From an uncultured virus (IMG/VR IMGVR_UViG_3300008107_000170) (lineage: Duplodnaviria; Heunggongvirae; Uroviricota; Caudoviricetes): a DNA stretch of 21,711 bases. The notes under the pieces are model-generated. The model did no database searches. It was not told the DNA's origin and was given only the letters and a program-made list of their open reading frames with translations. Every line of letters starts with the position of its first letter. The stretch's first letter is position 1. Where the stretch lies: IMG/VR virus record IMGVR_UViG_3300008107_000170, one strand, 5' to 3'. This document shows, piece after piece, positions 1 through 8,997 of this stretch. The translations under genes and the position numbers were made by a program.

Positions 1-331
1 ATTTAAAATAACAGCGGTAAGCGATGAGGGTGACGAAAAGGAGCAGGAAGAGTCGAGGCTCAGAATGGAGCAGATTCAAGAGCTTCTTCCACTTATGAAT
101 CTGTACTCAACCATGACCGCTCAGTACGTTTTTGAGATGCAAAAGCGAGAGGTCATAGACGAGGTATCACCTGAGATTGCTGAGAAGCTAGAAAAAGATT
201 CAAACAAGATGAAGCAGTTTTACAAACTAATTTCTCTTTCAGCGCTTATGACAATGCTGTCTAGCGCAGTAGAGCTAGGAATCCTATCTACAGAGGGTTC
301 ATTAATTGACGTAGACGAGATAAAGGAATAA
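1..331 (+). CDS. Hypothetical protein, 5'-truncated by the window edge
   Basis: The frame of ORF 65..331 stays open back to position 2 (FKITAVSDEGDEKEQEESRLR-M...), so the true start is probably upstream of the window. Confidence 0.7.
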   Translation, partial: FKITAVSDEGDEKEQEESRLRMEQIQELLPLMNLYSTMTAQYVFEMQKREVIDEVSPEIAEKLEKDSNKMKQFYKLISLSALMTMLSSAVELGILSTEGSLIDVDEIKE

Positions 332-332
332 T

Positions 333-698
333 ATGTCAAATTCATGGTGGGCTAACAAGCTCGGTAACCAGCCGCCTCAGCAGGCACAAAACTACCTTCC
401 CCCGGTATCCCCACAACAGCAGGTGCCTCAGCAGCAAGTGCCTCAGCAGGGTCAGAGGCTACCCAGCAGTGCCCAGTCGTATGACCGATGCCCTAACTGT
501 GCCAGCGGCAACTACGGCAAGATGCCGGGGTTCCCAGAGGCTAAAGCTAGGTGCTATGATTGTGGCTACCCACTGACCCAGTCAGGTACAGGTATGCCGG
601 GAATGCACATTCCATCTAACGGCAACACTGTAGCGGCGACACAAATTAATACAGCAAACAACTTTAACCCAGGCGTAATTATCGACAGGATTGGCTAA
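333..698 (+). CDS. Hypothetical protein with Q/P-rich N-terminus and zinc ribbon
   Basis: CPNC...CYDC motif and QQVP repeats; SD AAGGA upstream; TAATG coupling to recA. Confidence 0.8.
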   Translation: MSNSWWANKLGNQPPQQAQNYLPPVSPQQQVPQQQVPQQGQRLPSSAQSYDRCPNCASGNYGKMPGFPEAKARCYDCGYPLTQSGTGMPGMHIPSNGNTVAATQINTANNFNPGVIIDRIG

Positions 699-1714
699 TG
701 TCACTTCAAAAACTACTCGCATCAATCAACAAGAAGTACGGCGAAAACACCATAGTACTAGCATCAGAGATTGTTGCTCCTACACGGTTTACGTCCGGCT
801 CGTTATCGCTAGACATGATTCTCGGCGGAGGGTGGCCTACTAATCAGTGGCACGAGATTATTGGCGAGGCCAGTAATGGTAAGACGGCGCTCGCCCTTAA
901 GACCATCGCAGCCAACCAAAAACGAGACCCTAACTTCACGACTATATGGATTGCTGCTGAGGAGTGGGTACCGGAGTACGCAGAGATGTGCGGGGTAGAC
1001 CCTTCTAGAGTTCACGTGTTTACAAGCAACATTATGGAGGTAGCTCTTACAGCAGTTCTAGAGTTTGTAGAGACCCAGGAAGTAGACTGCGTAGTTATTG
1101 ACTCGTTGCCTGCCCTAGTCCCATCTGCTGAAGATGAGAAAGAGATGGACGAGTTTACTGTAGGCCGTGGCGCACAGTTGATGGGCAAGTTCTTCCGTAA
1201 AATGGAGAAGGCCGGAAAGCGCGACCTACTAGGCGGAGAGCGCCCATTCATCGGTATTATTATTAACCAGTGGCGTATGAAGATTGGTGTCATGTACGGT
1301 GACCCACGAACCACCCCTGGCGGAGAGGCTAAGAACTATTTCTTCTTTACACGAGTAGAAGTAAAGCGTGACGACTGGATTGAGGTCGGCACTGGCCAAG
1401 AAAAGCGTAAAGTCGGTCAGTCTATTAAGTTCACTACTAAGAAGAACAAATCAGCGCCTCCGGGCCAGGTTGCCTTTACTGATTTTTACTTCGATGACGG
1501 GACCGGGATTGACAAAGGCGAGTACGACTACGCCAAAGAAATTGTGTCACTAGGAATCTTAAACAAGATTATTACCAGAGCTGGTGCATACTATCGGTAC
1601 GCAGAACGCCAGTGGCAGGGCGCAGACGCTTTACTATCTTCGATTCGTGAAGAGGTAGACCTACAGGAAATGCTGCAAAAAGACGTTCTTGGGACACTTA
1701 AGCTGGCTGTATAA
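698..1714 (+). CDS. recA: RecA/UvsX-family recombinase
   Basis: TSGSLSLDMILGGG, Walker A GEASNGKT, Walker B VVIDSL, INQWRMKIGVMYGDPRTTPGGEA, KNKSAPP, GAYY...WQG; 338 aa, normal length. Confidence 0.97.
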   Translation: MSLQKLLASINKKYGENTIVLASEIVAPTRFTSGSLSLDMILGGGWPTNQWHEIIGEASNGKTALALKTIAANQKRDPNFTTIWIAAEEWVPEYAEMCGVDPSRVHVFTSNIMEVALTAVLEFVETQEVDCVVIDSLPALVPSAEDEKEMDEFTVGRGAQLMGKFFRKMEKAGKRDLLGGERPFIGIIINQWRMKIGVMYGDPRTTPGGEAKNYFFFTRVEVKRDDWIEVGTGQEKRKVGQSIKFTTKKNKSAPPGQVAFTDFYFDDGTGIDKGEYDYAKEIVSLGILNKIITRAGAYYRYAERQWQGADALLSSIREEVDLQEMLQKDVLGTLKLAV

Positions 1715-1908
1715 TGGCTAGGCCAAAAGTAAATAAAGAATGCGAAGAGTGCGGAGAAGGGCACTACGCAAAAGGCCTATGCAAGCGACACTACATGGCA
1801 GTTAATAAAGACCGATTTAATCCAAGTATTAATCCAAAACCGAAGTCGGCTCAACTAGACAAGGATGACTTCTGGGAGTTTGTTAAGAAAGAGCTAAATA
1901 TTGCCTAA
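1714..1908 (+). CDS. Small stand-alone zinc-finger protein
   Basis: CEEC-x5-AKGLCKRHY resembles the N-terminal Zn motif of many phage HNH proteins, but no HNH domain follows; TAATG-coupled. Confidence 0.7.
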   Translation: MARPKVNKECEECGEGHYAKGLCKRHYMAVNKDRFNPSINPKPKSAQLDKDDFWEFVKKELNIA

Positions 1909-2245
1909 ATCAGAGGGCCAAAAGCAGTCCCAGAAGCACGAAAAGAGGCTAGCTAAAACCATAGGCGGTCAGAGAAGCGTGGCCTCTGGCGCGTTCTGGT
2001 TTCGCAAAGGAGACGTTCGGTCAAAGGACCTTTTGATTGAGCACAAGTGGACTGGTAAAAAGTCATTTACTTTAAAGTCAAGCATTTTAGAAAAAATTAC
2101 GACCGAGGCACTGATTGAGAGCAGAACCCCGGTACTAGGAATCAGCCTAAATGACATTAACTATGTTGTAATGGACGAAAACGATTTCTTAACTATGCGG
2201 GAGTTTGTGCTACAATGTTTAGAGGAGCACACGGGAGAGTCGTAG
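1901..2245 (+). CDS. PD-(D/E)XK Holliday junction resolvase-like nuclease (Hjc type)
   Basis: HEKRLAK...SGA...KGDV...LIEHK pattern (E, D, ExK catalytic residues); TTG start. Confidence 0.8.
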   Translation: MPKSEGQKQSQKHEKRLAKTIGGQRSVASGAFWFRKGDVRSKDLLIEHKWTGKKSFTLKSSILEKITTEALIESRTPVLGISLNDINYVVMDENDFLTMREFVLQCLEEHTGES

Positions 2246-2267
2246 CCCTACTACTTTCGGAGCACCC

Positions 2268-2651
2268 GTGCGTTCACCATATGAACCGACACCAGAAAAC
2301 ACCTCATTAGGTATCCAATTCCTAGACTGGATGGAGGAGGCCAAGTGTGCTGAGCAGGTCCAGATAAAGGGCTCAACTGAGACTAAAAATCTGTACCCAC
2401 CAGACCTTTGGTTTCCTCCCAGAGATAAGTCCCTCTACAAACCAATCGCAGATAAAGCTAAATCAATTTGCTATGGTAAAGACGGTCGTGGAGAATGCCC
2501 CGCTAGAATGAAGTGTCTACTTTTTGCAGACAAAGAAGATTTGGTTCACGGTATCTGGGGCGGCATGAGCCACAGAGAACGAGCAGCGCTAAAAAGAAAA
2601 GCTATTCGACAGGGTAAGACCTTGGAAGAATTAGCAAAAAAAGGCAAGTAG
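2268..2651 (+). CDS. whiB: WhiB-family Fe-S transcription factor
   Basis: W...AKC, DLWFP, AKSIC...CPARMKCL, GIWGG-x-S-x-RER turn motif; SD GGAG before the GTG start. Confidence 0.92.
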   Translation: MRSPYEPTPENTSLGIQFLDWMEEAKCAEQVQIKGSTETKNLYPPDLWFPPRDKSLYKPIADKAKSICYGKDGRGECPARMKCLLFADKEDLVHGIWGGMSHRERAALKRKAIRQGKTLEELAKKGK

Positions 2652-2677
2652 ACATTTGGAATAATGTGTGCTAGCGT
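2649..2677 (+). promoter_or_regulatory. Putative sigma-A/HrdB-type promoter
   Basis: TAGACA-17 nt-TAGCGT with an extended -10 TG, about 20 nt upstream of ATG 2698. Confidence 0.5.
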
Positions 2678-2697
2678 CATACGCAAGGAAGGTACAC

Positions 2698-3573
2698 ATG
2701 CCAAAAACAAACAAGCTGCAAAAGATTACCGCTGGAAAACTAAAGAACTTTGTCGATGCGGGTAAGTCAACTACTAGGGTCATAGGACGAGTAGAGAGAC
2801 ACGTTTTATCAAAGCCCGTAGACAACTCCAGGTCATTCGATGGCCTGCACCCGTCTGCCATGGTAAGCAAGTACTGGTGCCACAGAGCCTCGTACTTTCA
2901 TCTAAAGGGCAACCACCCGGCCCCAGAAGCCCGTAAGTTTAAGACCGAGCTTATCTTTGCTCAGGGACACGCTATCCACCAAACGTGGCAGAACTGGTTT
3001 TACGAGATGGGCACCTTGTACGGCTCGTGGCAGTGTAGAGAATGTTCATACTACTGGACTGACCTTAGCCCCTTCCGCTGCATTACCTGCGGTTCTACCA
3101 AGGTAAAATACAAAGAGGTGCCGGTCATCAACAACGAGCTTATGATTACCGGTCATTCGGATGGTTGGCTAAAGGGATTTGGCGATGACCTAATGCTTGA
3201 GATTAAGTCAGTTGGTGCCGGTACATTTATGTGGCTCGACAAGTCAGCATGGTTCGCCGGAGACCAGAGTTTTGATTCCGCTTGGAAGGGTCTAACCGCC
3301 CCGTTTGAGTCGCACGTTTCTCAGATTCAGCTTTACATGGAAGTGCTAAACCTATCTGGGGTTACTGATGTGCCTAACGAGGCAGTTGTCCTATACGAAG
3401 CCAAGCCTACTCAGGAAGTAAAAGAGTTCATCGTACGCAGAGATGCGTGGGGAGTTCAGCACATTATTGACGGTGCAAAACTTGTGGTAGACTCGTTATC
3501 TAAGAACACAGCGCCTGACTGCAATGTCGGTGGAGCGCTAAAGTGCAAACAGTGCGAAGGATTTAACGAATGA
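2698..3573 (+). CDS. Cas4-like / PD-(D/E)XK exonuclease with internal zinc ribbon
   Basis: HPS...WCHR, GHAIH, GHSDG, EIKS, QIQLYM, C-terminal C...CKQC; inserted CREC...CITC. Start moved to ATG 2698 (SD AAGGAAGG). Confidence 0.85.
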   Translation: MPKTNKLQKITAGKLKNFVDAGKSTTRVIGRVERHVLSKPVDNSRSFDGLHPSAMVSKYWCHRASYFHLKGNHPAPEARKFKTELIFAQGHAIHQTWQNWFYEMGTLYGSWQCRECSYYWTDLSPFRCITCGSTKVKYKEVPVINNELMITGHSDGWLKGFGDDLMLEIKSVGAGTFMWLDKSAWFAGDQSFDSAWKGLTAPFESHVSQIQLYMEVLNLSGVTDVPNEAVVLYEAKPTQEVKEFIVRRDAWGVQHIIDGAKLVVDSLSKNTAPDCNVGGALKCKQCEGFNE

Positions 3574-4073
3574 CCAAGAGTACCCTAATAACAGAAACCA
3601 CAAGCAAGTACGTCCTAGACTCGCTAGATAAGCAGGGGCTTAGTGTAGACCGAGAGGTTGAGTTAGACCGCCCGTCTATGCCGGAAGACATTACCGCGCT
3701 AAACGACGAAGACCTAATGCTTTTGTACACCAGGTTTTCTATGTACAGCGACTTTGTGAACACCCAGCTGTCATGTGCAGTCGTAGACGAGAAGGAACTG
3801 GAGCGCCAGATTTCTTACGAAGAATCGGTGGCCCTACTCAGACTTCAGAGTGAAAACCCAAAGTCTACTGTCACATCACTAAAAGCCATGGCAGACTCCG
3901 AAGAGTCGATTAACTCCTTAAAAAAGGAGCACATGAACAAGTACGCGTACCGCAAGGTACTAGAGACTATGGCAAATAACTGCGAGCGTAGTAGCTCCGT
4001 GTGCAGCCGTGAGCTGACACGCAGAACCTCGAGCGACAACTTCAAGACTCGCAGCCGAAAGTTCAACATCTAA
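3570..4073 (+). CDS. Helical hypothetical protein, possibly a UvsY-like recombination mediator
   Basis: Coiled-coil-like composition ending SRELTRR; sits in the recombination cluster; ATGA overlap. The function is inferred only. Confidence 0.55.
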   Translation: MTKSTLITETTSKYVLDSLDKQGLSVDREVELDRPSMPEDITALNDEDLMLLYTRFSMYSDFVNTQLSCAVVDEKELERQISYEESVALLRLQSENPKSTVTSLKAMADSEESINSLKKEHMNKYAYRKVLETMANNCERSSSVCSRELTRRTSSDNFKTRSRKFNI

Positions 4074-4663
4074 TGTCAAAAAAAGCAGACAAAGTATTTG
4101 GCCCAGGCGTACCGTCATCCTGTAAAAATTACGCGATTGGCATAGACCAATCTTACTCTGGCTTCGGAATTACAGTTATGGATGTAAAAACCGGCGGGTA
4201 TGCAACCACAGTGTTTAAGGCCGAGGGCACGGGAATTGAACGCCTAAACTACGTCTACGACAGACTTGGCGAAATTATCGACAGGCACGTAACCTTTGAT
4301 GTTAAGTCACAAATCACGGTGGCTATGGAGGGATATGCCTTTGGCTCGCAGATGGCCAACATGGCCGGGGAACTCGGCGCTATAGTCAAGTGGTTTTGCT
4401 GGCAAGAATTTGAGTCTTACGCCGGCAGATACCCTTATATAATTCCTCCAACCGTCCTTAAAAAGTATGTAACAGGCAAAGGAACTGGCGTGCAAAAGAA
4501 CCAAATGCTGTTGCACGTATTTAAGAAGTGGGGTATCGAGTTCAACGACGATAATGCCGCGGACTCCTACGCACTAGCGCACCTAGTTGCAGGAAAGTGC
4601 GACTTGACATATGAGCGCGAAATCTATCACAATATACAAGACCCCAAGTACAGGGAGAAATAA
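4073..4663 (+). CDS. ruvC: RuvC-like Holliday junction resolvase
   Basis: IGIDQSYSGFG, VAMEGY, P-x2-LKKYVTGKG...K, DDNAADSYALA (D, E, D, D catalytic set). Confidence 0.92.
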   Translation: MSKKADKVFGPGVPSSCKNYAIGIDQSYSGFGITVMDVKTGGYATTVFKAEGTGIERLNYVYDRLGEIIDRHVTFDVKSQITVAMEGYAFGSQMANMAGELGAIVKWFCWQEFESYAGRYPYIIPPTVLKKYVTGKGTGVQKNQMLLHVFKKWGIEFNDDNAADSYALAHLVAGKCDLTYEREIYHNIQDPKYREK

Positions 4664-4792
4664 ATGGTTGCAAATACTATTGCGGTGCTGACCGCACTTA
4701 CCCTCGTTATTTTAATAGGCATGGGCGTAGCGATGGTACTATCAGTTATTTTTAGCCCAGACGACTACGACGATATCCGTGACACTGACTAA
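4664..4792 (+). CDS. Small single-pass membrane protein (42 aa; not in ORF track)
   Basis: MVANTIAVLTALTLVILIGMGVAMVLSVIFSPDDYDDIRDTD; ATG directly after the ruvC stop; SD GGGAG. Confidence 0.7.
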   Translation: MVANTIAVLTALTLVILIGMGVAMVLSVIFSPDDYDDIRDTD

Positions 4793-4949
4793 CACTGGAT
4801 ACTGTGACACAGGGTATCACGACGTGTGCCCTGGCCACACTGATAGTCGACCGCAGTGCATGTGCCACTGCCACAGCACCACAGACCAGGGGCCTAAGCT
4901 AGCCTCCACAACTAAACCAAAAGGAAAGATACCAAATGTCAAACTATGA
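4779..4949 (+). CDS. Small Cys/His-rich metal-binding protein (56 aa; not in ORF track)
   Basis: GTG start; MTLTNTGYCDTGYHDVCPGHTDSRPQCMCHCH...; G-x-C-x2-G-x-H-x2-C...C-x-C-x-CH pattern; fills the gap between neighbours. Confidence 0.65.
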   Translation: MTLTNTGYCDTGYHDVCPGHTDSRPQCMCHCHSTTDQGPKLASTTKPKGKIPNVKL

Positions 4950-5316
4950 AGATTTTTCAAGCATCTTTGATTCCCCGCGCCCAATCCCAGAGGTGTCACC
5001 AAAAGTATTAGAGAACATACGCGGAAACGGCTTTAATAAGCGGTTTAACGACGCGTTACAGTTTAAGTTTCAAGAGGCCAAGTCCCTGCTACTTCAGAAG
5101 CACGAAGACTACGGGCCTACTAATATCTCAAACGCCCCAGGCGGCCCGCTAAACGGTTTACGCGTCCGTATCCACGACAAGAGTGCTCGCATCAATCACC
5201 TGCTAGACAGCGGCGTTGAGCCTAAAAACGAGAGTCTGCGTGATTCCTTCCTGGACATGGCAAATTATGCCATTATCGCCCTTATGGTAATTGACGGGGA
5301 CTGGCCAGAAAAATAA
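4936..5316 (+). CDS. DUF1599 / nucleotide-modification-associated domain 1 protein (MazG-like fold)
   Basis: KHEDYG, RIHDKSARI, ESLRDSFLDMANYAII signature; SD AAGGA. Confidence 0.85.
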   Translation: MSNYEDFSSIFDSPRPIPEVSPKVLENIRGNGFNKRFNDALQFKFQEAKSLLLQKHEDYGPTNISNAPGGPLNGLRVRIHDKSARINHLLDSGVEPKNESLRDSFLDMANYAIIALMVIDGDWPEK

Positions 5317-5396
5317 TCCGTTTAGCCCCTTAGTTGGCGGCTAAATACCTCTATAGTGGTAATAGCGGGAGAACCCCAACCATAATTAGAGGAATA

Positions 5397-5678
5397 ATGT
5401 CTGACACACAAGAAGAAAACATCCTACGCGTAGGGGCTGGAAGCAGCCCAATCGCGCTGGCATCTGCTATTGCCCACGCTATTTATGAAAATGGCACCGT
5501 AAAGCTACGGGCGGTAGGCGCAGGAGCCGTAAACCAGGCCGTAAAGGCCATTGCCATCGCCAGCGGATACACAGCCCCACGAGGCATCAGCCTAGTTTCC
5601 ATCCCTGGGTTTGCATCTGTAGAGAGCGACGGCGAAAAAATTAGTGCAATTGTGTTTAAAGTAAACGCAGTTAAGTAA
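5397..5678 (+). CDS. spoVS: SpoVS-family (Alba-fold) nucleic-acid-binding protein
   Basis: LRVGAGSSP..LASAIA, RAVGAGAVNQAVKAIAIA, PGF...ISAIVF; start moved to ATG 5397 (SD GAGGA). Confidence 0.9.
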   Translation: MSDTQEENILRVGAGSSPIALASAIAHAIYENGTVKLRAVGAGAVNQAVKAIAIASGYTAPRGISLVSIPGFASVESDGEKISAIVFKVNAVK

Positions 5679-5741
5679 GCGCTAACCCCCAATTACAGGG
5701 TATTGTGTAATTGTCCACCTTTAGGCCAAAGAGGTAAAATC

Positions 5742-6062
5742 ATGGAACAACCAAAAAGCAAGTTCCCTACCATGGGAAACAGTGCCGCAACTACTGCTAG
5801 AAACGCATCTGCAGAGAACCTTCGCGGCACAGTAATGAAGAAGAAAGGTAACGCCAAAGGCGGGACCGACCCATATGTACAGGCAAAGCCTGTTCGTGGC
5901 TTTGTTAAGGCAACCGGAGGCGCTGCATACGGTATCCGTACTGGTATGCCTGCTTGGAAAGACCCAAGCATTGGAGCAACACAGGGCAACGGCCGTTTGT
6001 TCACCGCTGCGCTAAACCGCACCAAGCCAAACTTCGACGCTGGTACCACCAACTACAACTAA
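5742..6062 (+). CDS. Basic Gly/Ala-rich hypothetical protein
   Basis: SD GAGGT before ATG 5742; followed by an intrinsic terminator. Confidence 0.7.
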   Translation: MEQPKSKFPTMGNSAATTARNASAENLRGTVMKKKGNAKGGTDPYVQAKPVRGFVKATGGAAYGIRTGMPAWKDPSIGATQGNGRLFTAALNRTKPNFDAGTTNYN

Positions 6063-6077
6063 ATAGCCTTAGCAATT

Positions 6078-6103
6078 AACCCGCCAGAGATGGCGGGTTT
6101 TTT
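6078..6103 (+). terminator. Rho-independent terminator
   Basis: AACCCGCCA-GAGA-TGGCGGGTT followed by a T tract. Confidence 0.9.
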
Positions 6104-6197
6104 GTTTTTGACACGATTATTTTGTCTCGACAAGTTGTGGTAATTCGCGGTGTTGTGTGTTACAGTGTAACCGTAGATAGCAACCACAAGGAGAGAA

Positions 6198-6440
6198 ATG
6201 CTAATCGATGAACTAAAGGCGTTAGCCAAATCAGCCGAGATAGAAGGCTGTGTTGTAGGTGTTTGGGCAGTAAGCCAAGACCAGGAGTTTCAAGAAGTTT
6301 TTACTTCCCTACGAAGTAAGCCAAATCTAAATCTGACCCAAACCCTAAATCTAATCAAGTCACACTACCCAGATATTCCATTTAAACGTACGGCATTTGT
6401 TGCCCACATGAGAGGAACATGCACGTGTCCGACAGCCTAG
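6198..6440 (+). CDS. Small putative Zn-binding / HTH-like protein
   Basis: C near the N-terminus plus H-x-RG-x-C-x-C at the C-terminus; SD AAGGAG. Confidence 0.7.
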   Translation: MLIDELKALAKSAEIEGCVVGVWAVSQDQEFQEVFTSLRSKPNLNLTQTLNLIKSHYPDIPFKRTAFVAHMRGTCTCPTA

Positions 6441-7523
6441 CCAAAGTTTTGAAGGAATTCCTAGAACAGGATTACTCCGCCCCACTGCCAATAATTAAAC
6501 AGGCAGAGAAGATGGTAATTAAACCGGCCAACATCACTAAGCCAAAAAAGAAAGACGGCTGGAAATTAGCCGCCCTGCTACCCGATACCCAAATCGGATA
6601 CCGCGTCTATGAGGACGGGTCAGTAATAGAGTTCCACGACGAAAAGGCCATTGAGATTGCGATGCAAATTGTGGCATACGCTAATGAGCAATTCGGCGTG
6701 GAAACAATCGTGAACCTAGGTGATACCATCGACCTGCCAGCGCAGAGCCGACACCATCAGGAAATCGCATTCCAAAACTCGACCAACCTAGCAATTCAGC
6801 GCGGCTATGAGTACCTAGCGCAACAGAGAGCAACTGTGCCTGACGCCGAGATTGTATTCCTAGAAGGAAACCACGATTGCCGTATCTATAAGTACTAGGC
6901 AGAAAACGCCCCAGCAGTAGTAAACATGCGCCGAGCAGATGNNNNNNNNNNNNNNNNNNNNNNNNNNNNNNNNNNNNNNNNACGCCCCAGCAGTAGTAAA
7001 CATGCGCCGAGCAGTTGATGATGCCGTCAGTGAGCCGTCATGGCCAGTTAACAGTTTGCCACACCTCCTACGCATGGATGAGCTGGGTATTGTATACGCC
7101 AGCGGTTACCCAGCCGGTGAGTACTGGCTAAACGAAAACCTACGATGCATCCACGGTGACAGGGTAAACTCGAGCGGCAGCACCGCGATGAAGTACATTA
7201 ATTCGAACCACCACGTATCTGTGGTCTATGGGCACATTCACCGAATTGAAATGCTGTACCACACAAACCACACGAGTACAGGCCCAGCCAGAAACGCGGC
7301 ATTCAGCCCTGGTTGTTTGTGCCGTGTTGATGGTTCAGTGCCAAGCGTCAAGGGCGGCGTGACCCCTAATGAAAAGCCAGTAAAATACTGGGAGAACTGG
7401 CAACAGGGTATCGGATTCGCCTGGTATAAGGACAGCGGAGAGTTTACCCTGCTATCGGTCCCCATTATTGATGACTGGGCAGTGTTTATGGGACGTGAGT
7501 TTAGGGCACAAGAACCTAAATAA
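6425..7523 (+). CDS. Calcineurin-like metallophosphoesterase (one gene, split by an assembly gap and an in-frame TAG)
   Basis: PDTQ, GDTID and GNHD lie before the gap; HGD and GHIH lie after it. A 36-nt sequence is duplicated on either side of 40 Ns. Confidence 0.85.
6906..7017. other. Scaffold gap with overlapping contig ends
   Basis: 6906-6941 matches 6982-7017 with 1 mismatch, separated by Ns at 6942-6981. Confidence 0.9.
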
Positions 7524-7540
7524 ATTAATAAACTTATGAT

Positions 7541-8074
7541 ATGGCTGGACCACATCAGAACGTACAATCCCTAGGCGCTAATGGCCTTTATGGCACTTAC
7601 ACCAACTATGGTGGCGGTGGTACGCCTGTCGCGCGTTCCGAGATGGATTTCCTACGCATGGGTGTGGGACGCGAACCATCTGCAGAATACCCAGATGGTT
7701 ACCTAGGAACTATCCGCACACGCCGCGATGACCGTGGCCGCCCTAACAGCGTATCTGAGCAGGTACTAAACGGGCTAAAAGTTCGAGCAACCCAGCGTGG
7801 ATACCAGCGTGGTGTTCACCGCGGTGAGCGTATTGACCCCAACGACTATTACCTACCTCGCGAACTATCTATGGACCGAGGAATTAAGCGCCAGATGTCA
7901 GCAGCTCGAAAAGGCATGGCTGCCCCACGATTTACACCAGATTTTAGATTAGCCCCTGCCCCCCACCTTCCTAATGACGGTAAGGCCGGGCCGTCAGTAA
8001 AATCTAACGCGCCGTATGAACTAAACAGCAAGCGACAGTCACAGTTGCGAAGCATGAGACCGAACTGGGTGTAA
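7541..8074 (+). CDS. Basic hypothetical protein (possible virion-associated)
   Basis: 177 aa, Arg/Gly/Pro-rich; no SD; TAAACT lies 6 nt upstream of the ATG. Confidence 0.75.
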   Translation: MAGPHQNVQSLGANGLYGTYTNYGGGGTPVARSEMDFLRMGVGREPSAEYPDGYLGTIRTRRDDRGRPNSVSEQVLNGLKVRATQRGYQRGVHRGERIDPNDYYLPRELSMDRGIKRQMSAARKGMAAPRFTPDFRLAPAPHLPNDGKAGPSVKSNAPYELNSKRQSQLRSMRPNWV

Positions 8075-8076
8075 GT

Positions 8077-8364
8077 ATGCCAATTAAGAAAAATATCGCA
8101 GCCGCAGCCGCAGGAGCTGTAACAGCCGGAATTAAAAAGGCAAAAGAAGGCGGAACGGGTAGGGAGATTACCCAAGCCGCAGTCGGCGGTGCTGGTGTAC
8201 CAAGTTTTGGTGGTGCTAGAGACCGAGTAGTAGGCCAGGCGTATGACGCAGCCGCATCTGGAATAAGGAAAGCAAAGCCAGCAATTACTGGGGCAGTGCA
8301 AGAAGCCATCGGTAGAACCCAGAACTTTATACACGGCATCGGCAAAAAAGACGACAACGCCTAG
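8077..8364 (+). CDS. Ala/Gly-rich hypothetical protein
   Basis: Tight packing with its neighbours; low-complexity basic sequence. Confidence 0.7.
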   Translation: MPIKKNIAAAAAGAVTAGIKKAKEGGTGREITQAAVGGAGVPSFGGARDRVVGQAYDAAASGIRKAKPAITGAVQEAIGRTQNFIHGIGKKDDNA

Positions 8365-8378
8365 AAAGGTAATAACCA

Positions 8379-8651
8379 ATGGCATTACCAATAGCAGCAA
8401 TACTAGCCGGAGTAGGCCGAGGAATTGTTGGAGCCGCGCCTAAGATTGCACAGGGAGCGTCTAGAACCGCAGCCTTTACAGAAACCGCCGGTAACGCGAC
8501 AGGCCGTATGATTACCCGCGCAGCAGTTAGCAGCGATGGAGACAAGCCTGCGCCGTCACCCAAACCAGTGCAAGCAGCCGCCCCTGAAGACCTATCCCAG
8601 TCAGTTGCAAAAGTAGCAGAGTTTCAGGTAGGTAGAGGCTACGGTGGCTAA
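8379..8651 (+). CDS. Ala-rich hypothetical protein
   Basis: SD AAGGT; overlaps the next gene. Confidence 0.7.
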   Translation: MALPIAAILAGVGRGIVGAAPKIAQGASRTAAFTETAGNATGRMITRAAVSSDGDKPAPSPKPVQAAAPEDLSQSVAKVAEFQVGRGYGG

Positions 8652-8988
8652 TATTCCAAACGGTGTCTATGGCAACAGGCCATGGCAAGCACACCCGTAC
8701 GCCGCGTACCCACCGCAGGCGTACATTGGCCCGTTCGCTAGCAATCAGGAGCGCTTACTAACCCAGGCCATGGAAGTGGCCAGGATGACACCCGCAGAGG
8801 TCCAGGAGTACGTTCGTCCTAACCTGCCACAAATAGCTAAGTTCCCTAAAAAATATGGTTATATCAAATCAGCCTACGGAGTTAGGGATATCATCGAGGT
8901 TTCGGGCCGCTCGCAGGAACGTACCGATTACTCGCAGGTTCCAAATGTTATTCAGTCTACGAGCCGCAATACCCTAGGAACAGTGTAA
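8644..8988 (+). CDS. Hypothetical protein
   Basis: GTG start with SD GAGG; operon packing. Confidence 0.75.
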   Translation: MANIPNGVYGNRPWQAHPYAAYPPQAYIGPFASNQERLLTQAMEVARMTPAEVQEYVRPNLPQIAKFPKKYGYIKSAYGVRDIIEVSGRSQERTDYSQVPNVIQSTSRNTLGTV

Positions 8989-8997
8989 AATATTTAA

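Noticed and set aside
698..1714. Intein or intron in recA
   Set aside because: The length is normal and the motifs are contiguous.
2698..3573. CRISPR-Cas locus suggested by the Cas4-like gene
   Set aside because: There are no other cas genes and no repeat-spacer array. Solo Cas4-like exonucleases are common in phages.
6896..6898. Stop-codon reassignment (TAG read as an amino acid)
   Set aside because: Many genes end cleanly at TAG (2245, 2651, 6440, 8364, 10538, 12494, 14414). The only internal TAG is beside an assembly gap.
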